Counted from the stretch's first letter, positions 9,196 to 19,315 are shown. The stretch: DNA of 53,100 nucleotides from Kiritimatiellia bacterium (GCA_046482825.1 JAWOEI010000093.1:1-53100); one strand, 5' to 3'. Numbers and translations are program-made. The notes: generated from the letters alone by a model not told the origin.

Positions 9196-12100
9196 TTATT
9201 CCACAACCGGAGCGCTGAAGGTATAACATCCTGACCCGAGCCTGAAGGCAGCGCGGTTACGGTCGGTTTCAGTTTCCGGCACAGGGCTTTTAATGCCGTC
9301 GGTCCCAGGCTGGACAGGCAGATAAACGGTTGCCGTTGTATTGACAGGAACCTCGACATTCAGTTCAAAAACTCCGTCACTGAGAGTCCAGCTGCTGCTG
9401 ATTGTGCCGTAGGGCGATTCATGTTCCGCAGAACAATCCGTAAGGCCCTTGACGATATCAGGAGCGATAATAAACTCTTTAAAGGCGACTTTGGCAGGAT
9501 CTGACTTCTGTGCAACTGCGCAGACATCGCCGCTCAAACGTATGCCAGCCAGATACTGGTACATCCAGGCGGAAAAATCACCGAACATAATGTGATTACG
9601 GGAAGACCCCTGATCCCAATCCTCCCACAGGGTTGTGGCCTTATCTTTGACTATCCACTTTCCAAAAGAGGGTTTTTCGGTTTTTGTAAGCATCTTATAG
9701 GCAAGATCACTGCGACCGGAATTGCTCAGAGCGCGGAATACATATTTGGAACCGAGAATACCGAAATCAGGAAAACAACTGTCTTCAATAACCTTCGCGG
9801 CCAGTGCCTGACGAGCCGGAGCCACCTTATCGGCATCGGCTATTCCCTGATGCAGGGCGCAGGCCATAGCGGTCTGCGTACCGATGGAATAAACTCCTCT
9901 GCCTTTGTAGTACTTCTTATTGAAGGCTGACTTTATTTTCCCGGCCAGCGCCGCATATTTTTCAGCATCACCGTCTTTTCCAAGCAGCTCTGCAGTCCGC
10001 GAAACAATCATTGAGTCCAGATAGTAGTAGGCGGATGATGTGAGATGATTGGGAACCTTTGATTTCGCGGGAATCCAGTCTCCCAGGCCGTGATAGACGA
10101 GATTATCTTTGGATCGGCCTGTCATATAATCAACATAGAGCTTCATACTGTCATAGGTTTTTTCCAGAATCTGCACATCACCCTTGTAGATATAGAGCAT
10201 CCACGGAATTATCACCAGGGCGCTGTCCCAGGCCGGTCCATTCCCCCACTTATAGCCCCACCCGCTTGTCGGAACAATACCGGGCAGGTTGCCGTCAGGA
10301 CGCTGTTCATCCATGAGGTCATCTATCCACTTTTCATACGCTGCGATATTATCATAGTTAAACATGGCCATCTCAGAAGCAAGAGATGCGTCCCCTGTCC
10401 ACCCATTCTTTTCGCGGTGAGGGCAGTCTGTAGGATAGCCGTTGACAAAATTCCCCCGGTAAGCCCAGAGTGCAGCATCCTGCAGTTTATTCAGAAGTTC
10501 ATCGGAGCATCTGAAATGCCCGGCACTTTTAAAATCATTACAGACAACGGAAGCGACAATATTATCCGCATCGGGCCTGGTTTTCATTCCGTTGATCTCC
10601 ACATAGCGGAATCCGTGATAGACAAAATGGGGATATTCGACCCAGCCATCGCGGCCGTCGCAGAAAATATGATCCTTCTGGAAAAATCCGTTTTTCACAA
10701 GGTCAGTTGAAGCGGGATAACGGAAATGAGCACTGATATCCCTGTTATCCAGGGAATTGTCTTCATTGATTCTTTCTCCGTACAGGAGAGTAATAAGATC
10801 CCCTTTTTTCTGTCCTTTAACTTTAAAATCAACCCATCCGGCCATATTCTGACCGAAGTCAACCATCCAGCGATCTTCACCCAGTTTTGTAACTTTTACG
10901 GGTTTCAATGTATGGATCACTTTCGTCGGAGGCAGAGCTGATGCGGTAAGTTTTCCTGCAGGTGCCGGAACCTCTTCTGCCATAATCTTATGTTTATTAA
11001 AATCAGGCGCATCGGGATGGGCTTTACCTACAACCATTCCTTCGCGGATGCAGTCATAACCGACAGGTCCGGCAATCTGCCGCCAGCTGTTGTCGGAACA
11101 GATTGTCCGGATCGAACCATCTTTACCGACGATTTCAAGCTGTGCGATCATCCTCGGGAAATCGCGCCAGGGAGCATTGTCAAAGTTCCAGACCGAAACC
11201 GAACGCATATCATACCAACCGTGACCGAGAAGCACATTCAGAGAATTCTGTCCCTGCTGAAGATCATCAGTCAGATCATAAGTGGAATAAAGCACGCGTT
11301 TGTCAAACCTGGTCGGATTGGGATCGAGAACTTTCGAACCAATACGTTTGCCGTTCAGAGAGGCCTCGTAAAATCCGAGTCCGGTAATATGCAGTACAGC
11401 AAAAGAAACATCCGCTGGCACGTTGAAACTTTTTGTAAAAGAAGGTGAAGCAATTTCATAGCGGCGAATCAGATCCTCCCAGGGTTCACAGCCCGGGGGG
11501 CCGGCAACCCTGACGCCTTTCCATCCGTCTCCTTCAAACCTGCTGAAAGCTTTGTACCATTCTTTACCGATCTTGTCTGATGTTTTCCAGCTGGCATCTG
11601 AATCAACAAGCGAGATTTCACGATCACGGATATTCAGCAGAAGTCCTGACGGCCCTTTTTCTCGGTTGCTGACTTTGACTGCAATATGATTGAGGCCCGG
11701 TTTCAGGTGTTTTGCAACCGGAATGAAACGCATCCACTTCCACTCGTTGAAATGTCCCCAGCACTTGGCGGCACTGACACCGTTGATCCGCACATCGTAT
11801 TCATCATCAGCCGTGAGAGCCATGATCATATCGCGTTCCCTGACATCCGCCGGCGCATCGAACAGGGCATAAAAGAACGAATCGCCTTTCGGCGCATTTT
11901 CAAGCTTATCAGCGTTACCCTTCCATATCCATCCAGCACCTTTGAGATCATAATCAGGACGCGTAAGCTTATCGGGCCCAATCCAGCAAGCTTTCCAATC
12001 CTGCGGTTGCATAACAGCTGTAACCCAGCGGCTGCAGTCACTCCAGGCTGAGGCGACGCTATCTTCGGAAGTCCAGACACGCACTTTCCAGAAACAGCGT

Positions 12101-12441
12101 CGGGAACTGGCAAGCGGTTTACCGTCATAAACAATGTTGAATTGCTGATCGGAAACAACACGTCCGCTGTCCCATAGATTACCCTTGTCTTCAGAGAGTT
12201 GAGCAGCAGAATCCGCCACCAGCACCTGATATGAATGCTGTTTGAGGTTCTGACATCCGTTCACTGCCTCCAGAAGCCAGCTCAGGCGTGGTTTGTCAGC
12301 ATCAATACCGACAGGGTTTTCCAGATTCTCAACACGCAACCGGACAGGAGCCCTGACTTCTGCAACATTACGGAATTCAAGCAGGTTGCATCCGCAAATA
12401 CAAATTCCGGACAACACGATAAAAACAGAAGATAAACGCAT
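9196..12441 (-). CDS. Alpha-L-rhamnosidase, glycoside hydrolase family 78, predicted lipoprotein with an inserted CBM67-like domain
   Basis: Lipobox-like GICICGC, FN3-like N-terminus (LENPVGID...WDSG), DFGQNMAGW, PTDCPHREKNGWTGD, GLGDW, ATTLWEDW and SRNHIMFG. Confidence 0.9.
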   Translation of the reverse strand: MRLSSVFIVLSGICICGCNLLEFRNVAEVRAPVRLRVENLENPVGIDADKPRLSWLLEAVNGCQNLKQHSYQVLVADSAAQLSEDKGNLWDSGRVVSDQQFNIVYDGKPLASSRRCFWKVRVWTSEDSVASAWSDCSRWVTAVMQPQDWKACWIGPDKLTRPDYDLKGAGWIWKGNADKLENAPKGDSFFYALFDAPADVRERDMIMALTADDEYDVRINGVSAAKCWGHFNEWKWMRFIPVAKHLKPGLNHIAVKVSNREKGPSGLLLNIRDREISLVDSDASWKTSDKIGKEWYKAFSRFEGDGWKGVRVAGPPGCEPWEDLIRRYEIASPSFTKSFNVPADVSFAVLHITGLGFYEASLNGKRIGSKVLDPNPTRFDKRVLYSTYDLTDDLQQGQNSLNVLLGHGWYDMRSVSVWNFDNAPWRDFPRMIAQLEIVGKDGSIRTICSDNSWRQIAGPVGYDCIREGMVVGKAHPDAPDFNKHKIMAEEVPAPAGKLTASALPPTKVIHTLKPVKVTKLGEDRWMVDFGQNMAGWVDFKVKGQKKGDLITLLYGERINEDNSLDNRDISAHFRYPASTDLVKNGFFQKDHIFCDGRDGWVEYPHFVYHGFRYVEINGMKTRPDADNIVASVVCNDFKSAGHFRCSDELLNKLQDAALWAYRGNFVNGYPTDCPHREKNGWTGDASLASEMAMFNYDNIAAYEKWIDDLMDEQRPDGNLPGIVPTSGWGYKWGNGPAWDSALVIIPWMLYIYKGDVQILEKTYDSMKLYVDYMTGRSKDNLVYHGLGDWIPAKSKVPNHLTSSAYYYLDSMIVSRTAELLGKDGDAEKYAALAGKIKSAFNKKYYKGRGVYSIGTQTAMACALHQGIADADKVAPARQALAAKVIEDSCFPDFGILGSKYVFRALSNSGRSDLAYKMLTKTEKPSFGKWIVKDKATTLWEDWDQGSSRNHIMFGDFSAWMYQYLAGIRLSGDVCAVAQKSDPAKVAFKEFIIAPDIVKGLTDCSAEHESPYGTISSSWTLSDGVFELNVEVPVNTTATVYLPVQPGTDGIKSPVPETETDRNRAAFRLGSGCYTFSAPVVE

Positions 12442-12558
12442 AGCACATCCAATTCTTTCAGTTACACAAACCCGGATTCCCGAATTATCAGAAAAATTAT
12501 CAAAACAGCATAATACAATGCAGAGAGATTAGATGCAAAACAAAAGCGGAACAGATAT

Positions 12559-13356
12559 TCAGTCAAGCAAGGCACTACGAGCATTAGCGGCGGTGATATC
12601 GGCAATAACATCCGGAGAAACATATCGCAGCGCGGCCACTGTCTCACAGACAAGTTTCAGGTTGCAGGGCTGATTCAGGGGGCGGTTCTTCGAATCCATT
12701 GCAGCCGGAATGCCTTCAACGGGAAAAAGATCCGGAGCATCCGTTTCGATAAGAAGCTGTGTATCGGGAACATGAGTTACAGCATCACGCACCTTTGCGG
12801 CTCTGGGGTTGCATACAGAACCTGCGAACGAAATATAGGCCCCCATATCCAGAAAACTGCGAAGAATCTCAGCGGAACCGGAAAAACCGTGCACTATTAT
12901 CGAAGGAAGCTTATCGGCGCAGGGCTTCAGGGTATCGACCAGATCTCCCCAGGCCCGGGCACCATGCAAGATAACAGGGCGCTGATTCACCGCAGCAAGT
13001 TCAAACTGCTGTTTGAGAACATCTTTCTGGACATCCCGTGAAACATCCTTACGCAAACCGTCAAGGCCTATCTCTCCCACTGCTGCAACCGGCAAAGAAT
13101 CGACAAGCTTCTCGAGTTGATCCATCCATCCTTCACTGAGCATTTCGACATACCACGGATGAACACCGAAAGCGGGAACCACAATCTGCTGAATGTTGCT
13201 GAACCGCTCAGAGATATCATGAACGGCATTCCAATCCTGAGGAAAGGTGCCGCAGCAGCAAAGACCGGTGACATGAGCATCGAGAGCACGTTCAAGCACA
13301 TCGGGAATCATGTCTGCCAGGCGGGAATCCTGAAGATGTATGTGAGCATCGAACAT
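12559..13356 (-). CDS. tatD: TatD family metal-dependent hydrolase/nuclease
   Basis: FDAHIH, GVHPW, VGEIGLD, ILH, VHGFSGS and LLIETDAP. Confidence 0.88.
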   Translation of the reverse strand: MFDAHIHLQDSRLADMIPDVLERALDAHVTGLCCCGTFPQDWNAVHDISERFSNIQQIVVPAFGVHPWYVEMLSEGWMDQLEKLVDSLPVAAVGEIGLDGLRKDVSRDVQKDVLKQQFELAAVNQRPVILHGARAWGDLVDTLKPCADKLPSIIVHGFSGSAEILRSFLDMGAYISFAGSVCNPRAAKVRDAVTHVPDTQLLIETDAPDLFPVEGIPAAMDSKNRPLNQPCNLKLVCETVAALRYVSPDVIADITAANARSALLD

Positions 13357-13367
13357 GTTGCGGTTAA

Positions 13368-13391
13368 GGGATTGGGGATTAGGGGTAGGGG
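13368..13391 (+). repeat. G-rich short tandem repeat matching the G-quadruplex pattern
   Basis: GGG-ATT-GGGG-ATTA-GGGG-TA-GGGG: four G-tracts, just upstream of the tatD start, on the template strand. Confidence 0.7.
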
Positions 13392-13432
13392 ATGATTGCC
13401 TGTTATTTTATTTACTTTCAGCTTACGTAACC

Positions 13433-14422
13433 CTATTCCAGTTCCGTAGCGGCCTTGATGTACTGCGCGCGTTCAAATCCACGCCTGTCGGCAACATCGG
13501 TTTCACGCAGTCTGCCCCGGAATGAGGCTAAATCGGAGTAGTTTTTAGATTCCATCCATTTTTCAAGACCGTGGAGAATCGTTTTAATTCTGTCTAATCT
13601 TCCGTCCTTCAGTATGGCGGAACACACATAACCGGCATTTGCACCGACAAGAAGCGCCTTGGCCATTTCGCTGCCGGAGTGAATGCCTCCGCTGACAGCT
13701 ATATCACAATTCACAATCTCGCGCATCACAGCGGCCCAACGCAGCTGAGATGGAAAAACCGAAGGTGTAGAGTAGTTAGGGGCATAACCGACTGACTCTT
13801 CATCGAGACTTATATCAGCATGCAGAAAACGATTGAAAAGAATCACCCCTCCCGCACCGACTTTTTCCAGCTCTCGCACAAAATGAAACAGTGCTGTATA
13901 ATGCCGGCTTAGCTTAACCGCAACAGGCAGACTTACAGCCGCATTGACCTGCTCAACCATCTTCACATGCCTGGCTTCAATTTCATTGGAACTCACGGAA
14001 GAATCAACTGGCATCTGATAGAGATTCAGTTCCAGGGCATCTGCGCCAGCATCTTCGATCTTCCGGGCATAATTCACCCAGGTGGATGAATTAACGCAGT
14101 TGACACTGGCTATAACAGGGATATCCACGCGCTTCTTCATCTCTTTTATATTCCTGAGATATTTTTCCGGCCCCAGGCGAGCCGGCAGATCCGCCCGCAG
14201 ATACTCCATGGCAAAACCGCTGGTTTCACCTTCAAGCTCATCGTACATCCCCCCGACATCAGAGCTGATCTGCTCTTCGAAGATGGACTTGATCACAACT
14301 GCGGCAGCACCGGCCTCAGCCAGCTGCTCCACTTTTTCAGGCGAATCAGTTAGGGGTGAACTGGAAACAACCAGCGGATTTTTAAGTTCAAGTCCGAGAT
14401 ATGTTGTTTTTAAATCTGACAT
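13433..14422 (-). CDS. Dihydroorotate dehydrogenase-like flavoprotein (DHOD-like family)
   Basis: LKTTYLGLELKNPLVVSSSPL, KSIFEEQI, PVIASVN, ADALELN, PVAVKLS, LFNRF, SGGIH and FERAQY tail. Confidence 0.85.
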   Translation of the reverse strand: MSDLKTTYLGLELKNPLVVSSSPLTDSPEKVEQLAEAGAAAVVIKSIFEEQISSDVGGMYDELEGETSGFAMEYLRADLPARLGPEKYLRNIKEMKKRVDIPVIASVNCVNSSTWVNYARKIEDAGADALELNLYQMPVDSSVSSNEIEARHVKMVEQVNAAVSLPVAVKLSRHYTALFHFVRELEKVGAGGVILFNRFLHADISLDEESVGYAPNYSTPSVFPSQLRWAAVMREIVNCDIAVSGGIHSGSEMAKALLVGANAGYVCSAILKDGRLDRIKTILHGLEKWMESKNYSDLASFRGRLRETDVADRRGFERAQYIKAATELE

Positions 14423-14428
14423 TGCTTG

Positions 14429-14471
14429 TTTAGGGGTTAGGGGTTAGGGAGCTGAAGGGGTTAGATGTTAG
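14429..14471 (+). repeat. Telomere-like (TTAGGGG)n heptamer repeat matching the G-quadruplex pattern
   Basis: TTTAGGGGTTAGGGGTTAGGGAGCTGAAGGGGTTAGATGTTAG, with G-tracts at 14433, 14440, 14447 and 14457, immediately upstream of the DHOD-like start. Confidence 0.7.
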
Positions 14472-14553
14472 TTTTTTACAGTCATCAGAGTTCAGATAAA
14501 AAATTAAAAGTTTTATTTGAGTTTTTCGTCACTTGTTTTACAGCTGTTAACTG

Positions 14554-15789
14554 TTAACTGCTTCTAATCTGGCCAGCTTCCGCCAGCATGCGGGCTTCAA
14601 CACTCTGTATTTCCGCAAAACCCTGTGAACTGACAGGGTTTAATCCGTCACTGGCTTCCATGGAGGAATCAGCTTCGTTATAAATTGATGCTTTGCAATC
14701 GGCAAGAGCATTGAAAAAGATACTGCCTTTATAGAGTCCGACTTCAACCGTCCCTGATGCATAATCGGCAAACACATCTATAGCGGAGCATGCCGCTCTT
14801 GTTGCGGGATCAAACCATCGTCCGTCATAGATCTGATCCGCAACAAGCCTGGAAAGGCTGCCGAACAGAAGGGTCGCACGTCTGTCCATAGTGCTCTGAT
14901 AGACAAAACGCAGACAGGTTGCAAGCAATTCCATGCCGGGAGATTCATACACACCGCGGCTTTTGGTTCCTATGATGCGGTTTTCCAGTGCATGCTTCAT
15001 GCCGATGCCGTTGCGTCCCCCGATAGCGTTGGCCTGCACCATTGCGTCCAGCGGAGAGACATCGGAACCATTGATCTGCACGGCACAGCCTCTGTCAAAC
15101 CGGACCGTGAATTTTTCGATCTTATCCGGCGCATCCGCTGGCCAGACACCCATTGTCGGCTCGACAATCAGCATGGATGTCTGCATACTTTCCAGATCCT
15201 CCGCCTCGTGAGAAAGACCCGCCAGGTTTGAATCAGTAGAGTATTTCTTTTTTGATCCGGCAAAAGCCTCGATACCGAATCCGGCAAGATAATCCACCAT
15301 TTCGGTACGTCCCGGGAACTTCCGCAACAGTCCGGCATCGCGCCAGGGAGCATAGACCTGCATTTCGGGAGCGAGTACATTGGTATAGCGTTCAAAGCGC
15401 ATCTGGTCATTCCCACGGCCTGTTGCACCGTGTGCAAGCACAGAGCATCCGTGTTTCCTCATCTCCTCAATCAGGCCGCGCACCGTAACAGCGCGGGCGA
15501 TACCGGTTGAGTTCCAGTAACCGCCATCGTACATTGCCTGCGCTTTAATCACATCAAAACAGGCTTCCGCCATGGGCTCTTTAAGATCAATTATGAATGT
15601 ATCCACGCCGCAGGGAGCCATACGAGTCCGTATATCGTTTATATCAATCTCATCAGGCTGTCCGAGGTCAGCGGAAAAGGCAACAACATTAATACCGGCC
15701 TCCACCATAACCTTTGAAATCGTACGGCTGTCCAGACCGCCTGAAACACAGACTCCTGCGGTTAATCCTTTTAACTCTGATAAATTCAT
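14554..15789 (-). CDS. argG: Argininosuccinate synthase
   Basis: PP-loop SGGLDS, ADLGQ, AHGATGRGNDQMRFE, YSTDSNL, ENRIIGTKSRGVYESPG. ATG 15789 (MNLSELKG). Confidence 0.92.
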   Translation of the reverse strand: MNLSELKGLTAGVCVSGGLDSRTISKVMVEAGINVVAFSADLGQPDEIDINDIRTRMAPCGVDTFIIDLKEPMAEACFDVIKAQAMYDGGYWNSTGIARAVTVRGLIEEMRKHGCSVLAHGATGRGNDQMRFERYTNVLAPEMQVYAPWRDAGLLRKFPGRTEMVDYLAGFGIEAFAGSKKKYSTDSNLAGLSHEAEDLESMQTSMLIVEPTMGVWPADAPDKIEKFTVRFDRGCAVQINGSDVSPLDAMVQANAIGGRNGIGMKHALENRIIGTKSRGVYESPGMELLATCLRFVYQSTMDRRATLLFGSLSRLVADQIYDGRWFDPATRAACSAIDVFADYASGTVEVGLYKGSIFFNALADCKASIYNEADSSMEASDGLNPVSSQGFAEIQSVEARMLAEAGQIRSS

Positions 15790-15887
15790 TTTTTTCTCCG
15801 AAAAATCAGCAGAAAAACAGAGGGCCCCGCGCACGGAAAAAAACAAATGCGCAATACCGTGCTGTGTGCCATGCTCTCTATGCCATA

Positions 15888-17084
15888 TTATTCCTCTTCG
15901 CCGAAGAGCTGATCAAGCGCATCGCTGATCATTTCCATTGCCTCTTCAAGATCACCCTCCTTCACATTCAAGGGAGGGAAAAAACGCACTACATGCTCTC
16001 CAGCGCAACAGCACAGCAGCCCCATGTCGCGGCAGGCGTCAACAATTTCGCTAGCCTTGCCTTCAACCACCAGGCCCAACATCAATCCTACACCTCGAAC
16101 AGCCTGAACCTGCTCATACTGATCGACATAGGCATCCAGACCTTGTTTGAAAAGTCTGCCTATCTCTTCCGCGCTCCTGATCATGGCCTCTTCCTCTATG
16201 GCGTCAATCACTGCCAGGGCGGCTGCACATCCCAAAGGGTTGCCTCCGAAAGTAGAAGCATGTTTGCCGGGAGTAAACTTATCTGACAGCTCAGTGGTGG
16301 CAACCAGCGCACCGATGGGAAATCCGCCTCCGAGAGACTTAGCCAGGGTAAAAGCGTCGGGTTTTATAGGATAGTGCTGCCAGCCGAACCATTTTCCAGT
16401 ACGTCCCATGCCGCACTGCACCTCATCACATAGCATCAGAAGACCCTTTTCATCGCAGAGTTTGCGTATTCCCACCATAAATTCCTCATCGGCAGGAACA
16501 ATGCCGCCTTCTCCCTGGACAGCTTCAACCATCACGGCAACCGTGCGATCGCTGACAGCTTCTTTGACGGACTCAAGATTGTTGAACTCGGCATAGGTAA
16601 AGCCTACCGGCAGAGGGTCGAAACCATCCTGAATCTTTGACTGTCCGGTAGCGGCGGCGGTTGCAAGGGTGCGGCCGTGAAAAGAATTACGCATTGTTAT
16701 AATCTCAAATCTGCCGTCCTCATTACCCCACAGGCGCGCCAGCTTGATCATTGCCTCATTGACTTCAGCTCCCGAATTAGCGAAAAAGCACTTGCCGTTG
16801 AGAGAGAGTTTTGAAAGCCGCTGAGCCAGCAGTGCCTGATTTACGTTATAGAACAGGTTGGAACAGTGGCAGAGAGTCGCTGCCTGGCTCTGGATAGCAT
16901 CGACAACCTTAGGATGACAATGCCCCACATTCAGAACTGCAATCCCGGAGGTGAAATCAAGATAGGTCATGCCGTCAGGATCGCGCACTTTACACCCCTG
17001 TCCGCTCGTAAGTGTTGCCGTGGGGGCATATGTATTCATTACATACTGGTTAAACAATTCCGCAATATCGCTACTTTTACTCAT
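15888..17084 (-). CDS. argD: Acetylornithine aminotransferase (class III PLP enzyme)
   Basis: YLDFTSGIAV, NSGAEVNE, SFHGRT, EAVQGEGG, DEVQCGMGRTG, AKSLGGG and HASTFGGNP. Lies in the arg cluster. Confidence 0.92.
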   Translation of the reverse strand: MSKSSDIAELFNQYVMNTYAPTATLTSGQGCKVRDPDGMTYLDFTSGIAVLNVGHCHPKVVDAIQSQAATLCHCSNLFYNVNQALLAQRLSKLSLNGKCFFANSGAEVNEAMIKLARLWGNEDGRFEIITMRNSFHGRTLATAAATGQSKIQDGFDPLPVGFTYAEFNNLESVKEAVSDRTVAVMVEAVQGEGGIVPADEEFMVGIRKLCDEKGLLMLCDEVQCGMGRTGKWFGWQHYPIKPDAFTLAKSLGGGFPIGALVATTELSDKFTPGKHASTFGGNPLGCAAALAVIDAIEEEAMIRSAEEIGRLFKQGLDAYVDQYEQVQAVRGVGLMLGLVVEGKASEIVDACRDMGLLCCCAGEHVVRFFPPLNVKEGDLEEAMEMISDALDQLFGEEE

Positions 17085-17955
17085 CAGCTATTATCTCCGT
17101 TCCTACACCTTGTTTAGTGAAAATTTCCAATAAAAGGGAGTGCGACATCCGACCGTCGACAAGGTGCACTTTTCCAACACCGGCCTCAATCGCCTCAACA
17201 CAACTGTCCACTTTGGGCAGCATACCGCCTGCAATAACTCCATTCTCCTTGAGTTTCTGAATAGAGCTGATCCGCAATGAGTTTAAAAGTGTCGCGTGAT
17301 CATGCACATCCATCAGCAGACCCGGCACATCAGACACAAAGGCAAGCTTGTTTACCTTCATCGCCTTGGCCAGGGCCGCCGCTGCAACATCGGCATTTAT
17401 GTTATACAACTTTCCATCCGGGCAGCAACCCAGCGGAGTAACAACGGGAATGACTCCTCCGTCAATCATTTCAAATATTTTTGAGGTATTCACCTCAACC
17501 GGCATCCCGACATATCCCCAGTCCAGCTCAACGCCTGATTCAGGACAGGTGCCAGTTTTTTTTCTGACCGTGAAAATTTCATCTCCATGCACCGATTCCG
17601 CAACTGCACCGCTGTTTTTAAGTATTCTGATGACATTCGAGTTGACCTCGTCCTTGATGACACTCTCGACAACCCGTATGCTTTTATCATCGGTCACTCG
17701 CAGACCGTGCACAAATTCCGCCTCGATACCGGCATTGAGCATGCCGCGTGAAATGGCCTTGCCGCCGCCGTGGACCAGCACCACCTTCATACCGACAGCA
17801 TTCATAAATGCAATATCCTTGAGAAGGCTGTTCAGATTACAGGGCACTTCCATTACGCTTCCGCCGACTTTCACCAGCACAACAGTTCCTTTAAAAGCCT
17901 GTATGTAAGGCAGGGCCTCGATAAGGACGGCCGCCTTTTTTATCGCCTGTTTCAT
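17077..17955 (-). CDS. argB: Acetylglutamate kinase
   Basis: LIEALPYI, VKVGGS, VHGGGK, GLRVTD, NINAD, GGMLPKV and HSLLLEIFT. ATG 17955 (MKQAIKKA). Confidence 0.93.
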   Translation of the reverse strand: MKQAIKKAAVLIEALPYIQAFKGTVVLVKVGGSVMEVPCNLNSLLKDIAFMNAVGMKVVLVHGGGKAISRGMLNAGIEAEFVHGLRVTDDKSIRVVESVIKDEVNSNVIRILKNSGAVAESVHGDEIFTVRKKTGTCPESGVELDWGYVGMPVEVNTSKIFEMIDGGVIPVVTPLGCCPDGKLYNINADVAAAALAKAMKVNKLAFVSDVPGLLMDVHDHATLLNSLRISSIQKLKENGVIAGGMLPKVDSCVEAIEAGVGKVHLVDGRMSHSLLLEIFTKQGVGTEIIADE

Positions 17956-18074
17956 AACAAATTCAATGCTCCCGCCTACGCAAGTTAAGGCGTGGCATTC
18001 AGTTTCAATTCTCAGTATTCGTCGCTTATCACCAAGCTTATCCGTGCCTGCGTACAGCACTCGTTTCGGCAGAT

Positions 18075-19289
18075 TCACGTGGTATATTCCGCATTGATAC
18101 TCACATACTCATGCGAAAAATCACAGGTATAAACAGTATCAGAAGAATCGCCCAGATTTAAATTCACTGTCACATCAAAGACCCGCGACTTCATCTCATT
18201 ACAGGCGGCCTCAAGCATCGCCTGATCAGCAACTGTGCCGCAGTCAAACACAGGCGTACTGCCTATTGTTATCACTGTTTTCAGTTCTTCAACCTCAGCA
18301 CCTGAATAACCGACAGCCGCAATGATACGTCCCCAGTTAGGATCCATTCCGTAGAATGCTGTTTTGACCAGGGGCGATCGGGCAACGGCACGGGCCGCCA
18401 TGCCGGCATCCTCATCAGAGAGAGCGCCTGTCACTCTTACGGTAACAAACTTGGTGGCCCCCTCACCATCCATTACTATTTTCCTGCCGAGCTCAATGCA
18501 GACACATTTCAGGGCATCGACAAAAACAGCAAATGAAGGATGCGCAATGGTCACTATATCGTTTCCGGCTTTACCGGAAGCAAACGCCATGACAGTATCG
18601 TTTGTACTTCTGTCGCCGTCAACAACCAGACGGTTGAAACTGATTCCCACCGCCTGCTTGAGGGCATAATCCAGAGCGGAAGTCTCTATAGCGGCATCCG
18701 TGGTAATAAAAGCCAGCATGGTAGCCATATCCGGTTCTATCATTCCGGACCCCTTGGCCATACCGCCTATTACAATTTTTCTGCCGTCAATCTCAAATTC
18801 GACAGCAGACTCTTTTTCAACGGTATCGGTAGTCATGATAGCACAGGCAGCATCGTGTCCGCCGTCGGCACTCAGCGCCGCCGCAGCCTTTTCAATCCCG
18901 GAAGCAACCTTCTCCATAGGAAGTTCCACTCCGATAACCCCGGTTGAACAGACTAAAGTACAGTCTTCCTCAATACCCAGTGCCGTCGCGGCCAGACGTG
19001 TCATTGTGCAGGCATTGGAAAGTCCTTCTCCGCCTGTACAGGCATTGGCATTGCCGCTATTGATAACAACAGCCTGCGCCACACCGGATGCAGTACGCTT
19101 ACGGGAGACAATCACCGGCGCCGCGACAATCTTATTTGTGGTGTACACCGCGGCAACAGGGCAGGGCTCCTCCGCCACAATCAACGCCAGATCTTTACGG
19201 CCTGCGGACCTGACACCGGCTTCCACACCGCAGGCGGCAAAGCCTGCGGACGCGGTCACACCGCCTTTGACATGTGTATAATTCTGCAT
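18075..19289 (-). CDS. argJ: Ornithine acetyltransferase / bifunctional ArgJ
   Basis: NSGNANACTG, STGVIG, IMTTDT, KGSGMIEPDMATML (autocleavage site), DGDRSTND, DGEGATK, DPNWGR and terminal NAEYTT. Confidence 0.95.
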   Translation of the reverse strand: MQNYTHVKGGVTASAGFAACGVEAGVRSAGRKDLALIVAEEPCPVAAVYTTNKIVAAPVIVSRKRTASGVAQAVVINSGNANACTGGEGLSNACTMTRLAATALGIEEDCTLVCSTGVIGVELPMEKVASGIEKAAAALSADGGHDAACAIMTTDTVEKESAVEFEIDGRKIVIGGMAKGSGMIEPDMATMLAFITTDAAIETSALDYALKQAVGISFNRLVVDGDRSTNDTVMAFASGKAGNDIVTIAHPSFAVFVDALKCVCIELGRKIVMDGEGATKFVTVRVTGALSDEDAGMAARAVARSPLVKTAFYGMDPNWGRIIAAVGYSGAEVEELKTVITIGSTPVFDCGTVADQAMLEAACNEMKSRVFDVTVNLNLGDSSDTVYTCDFSHEYVSINAEYTT

Positions 19290-19315
19290 CAGTTTTTACA
19301 TCCGGCAACACTAAT

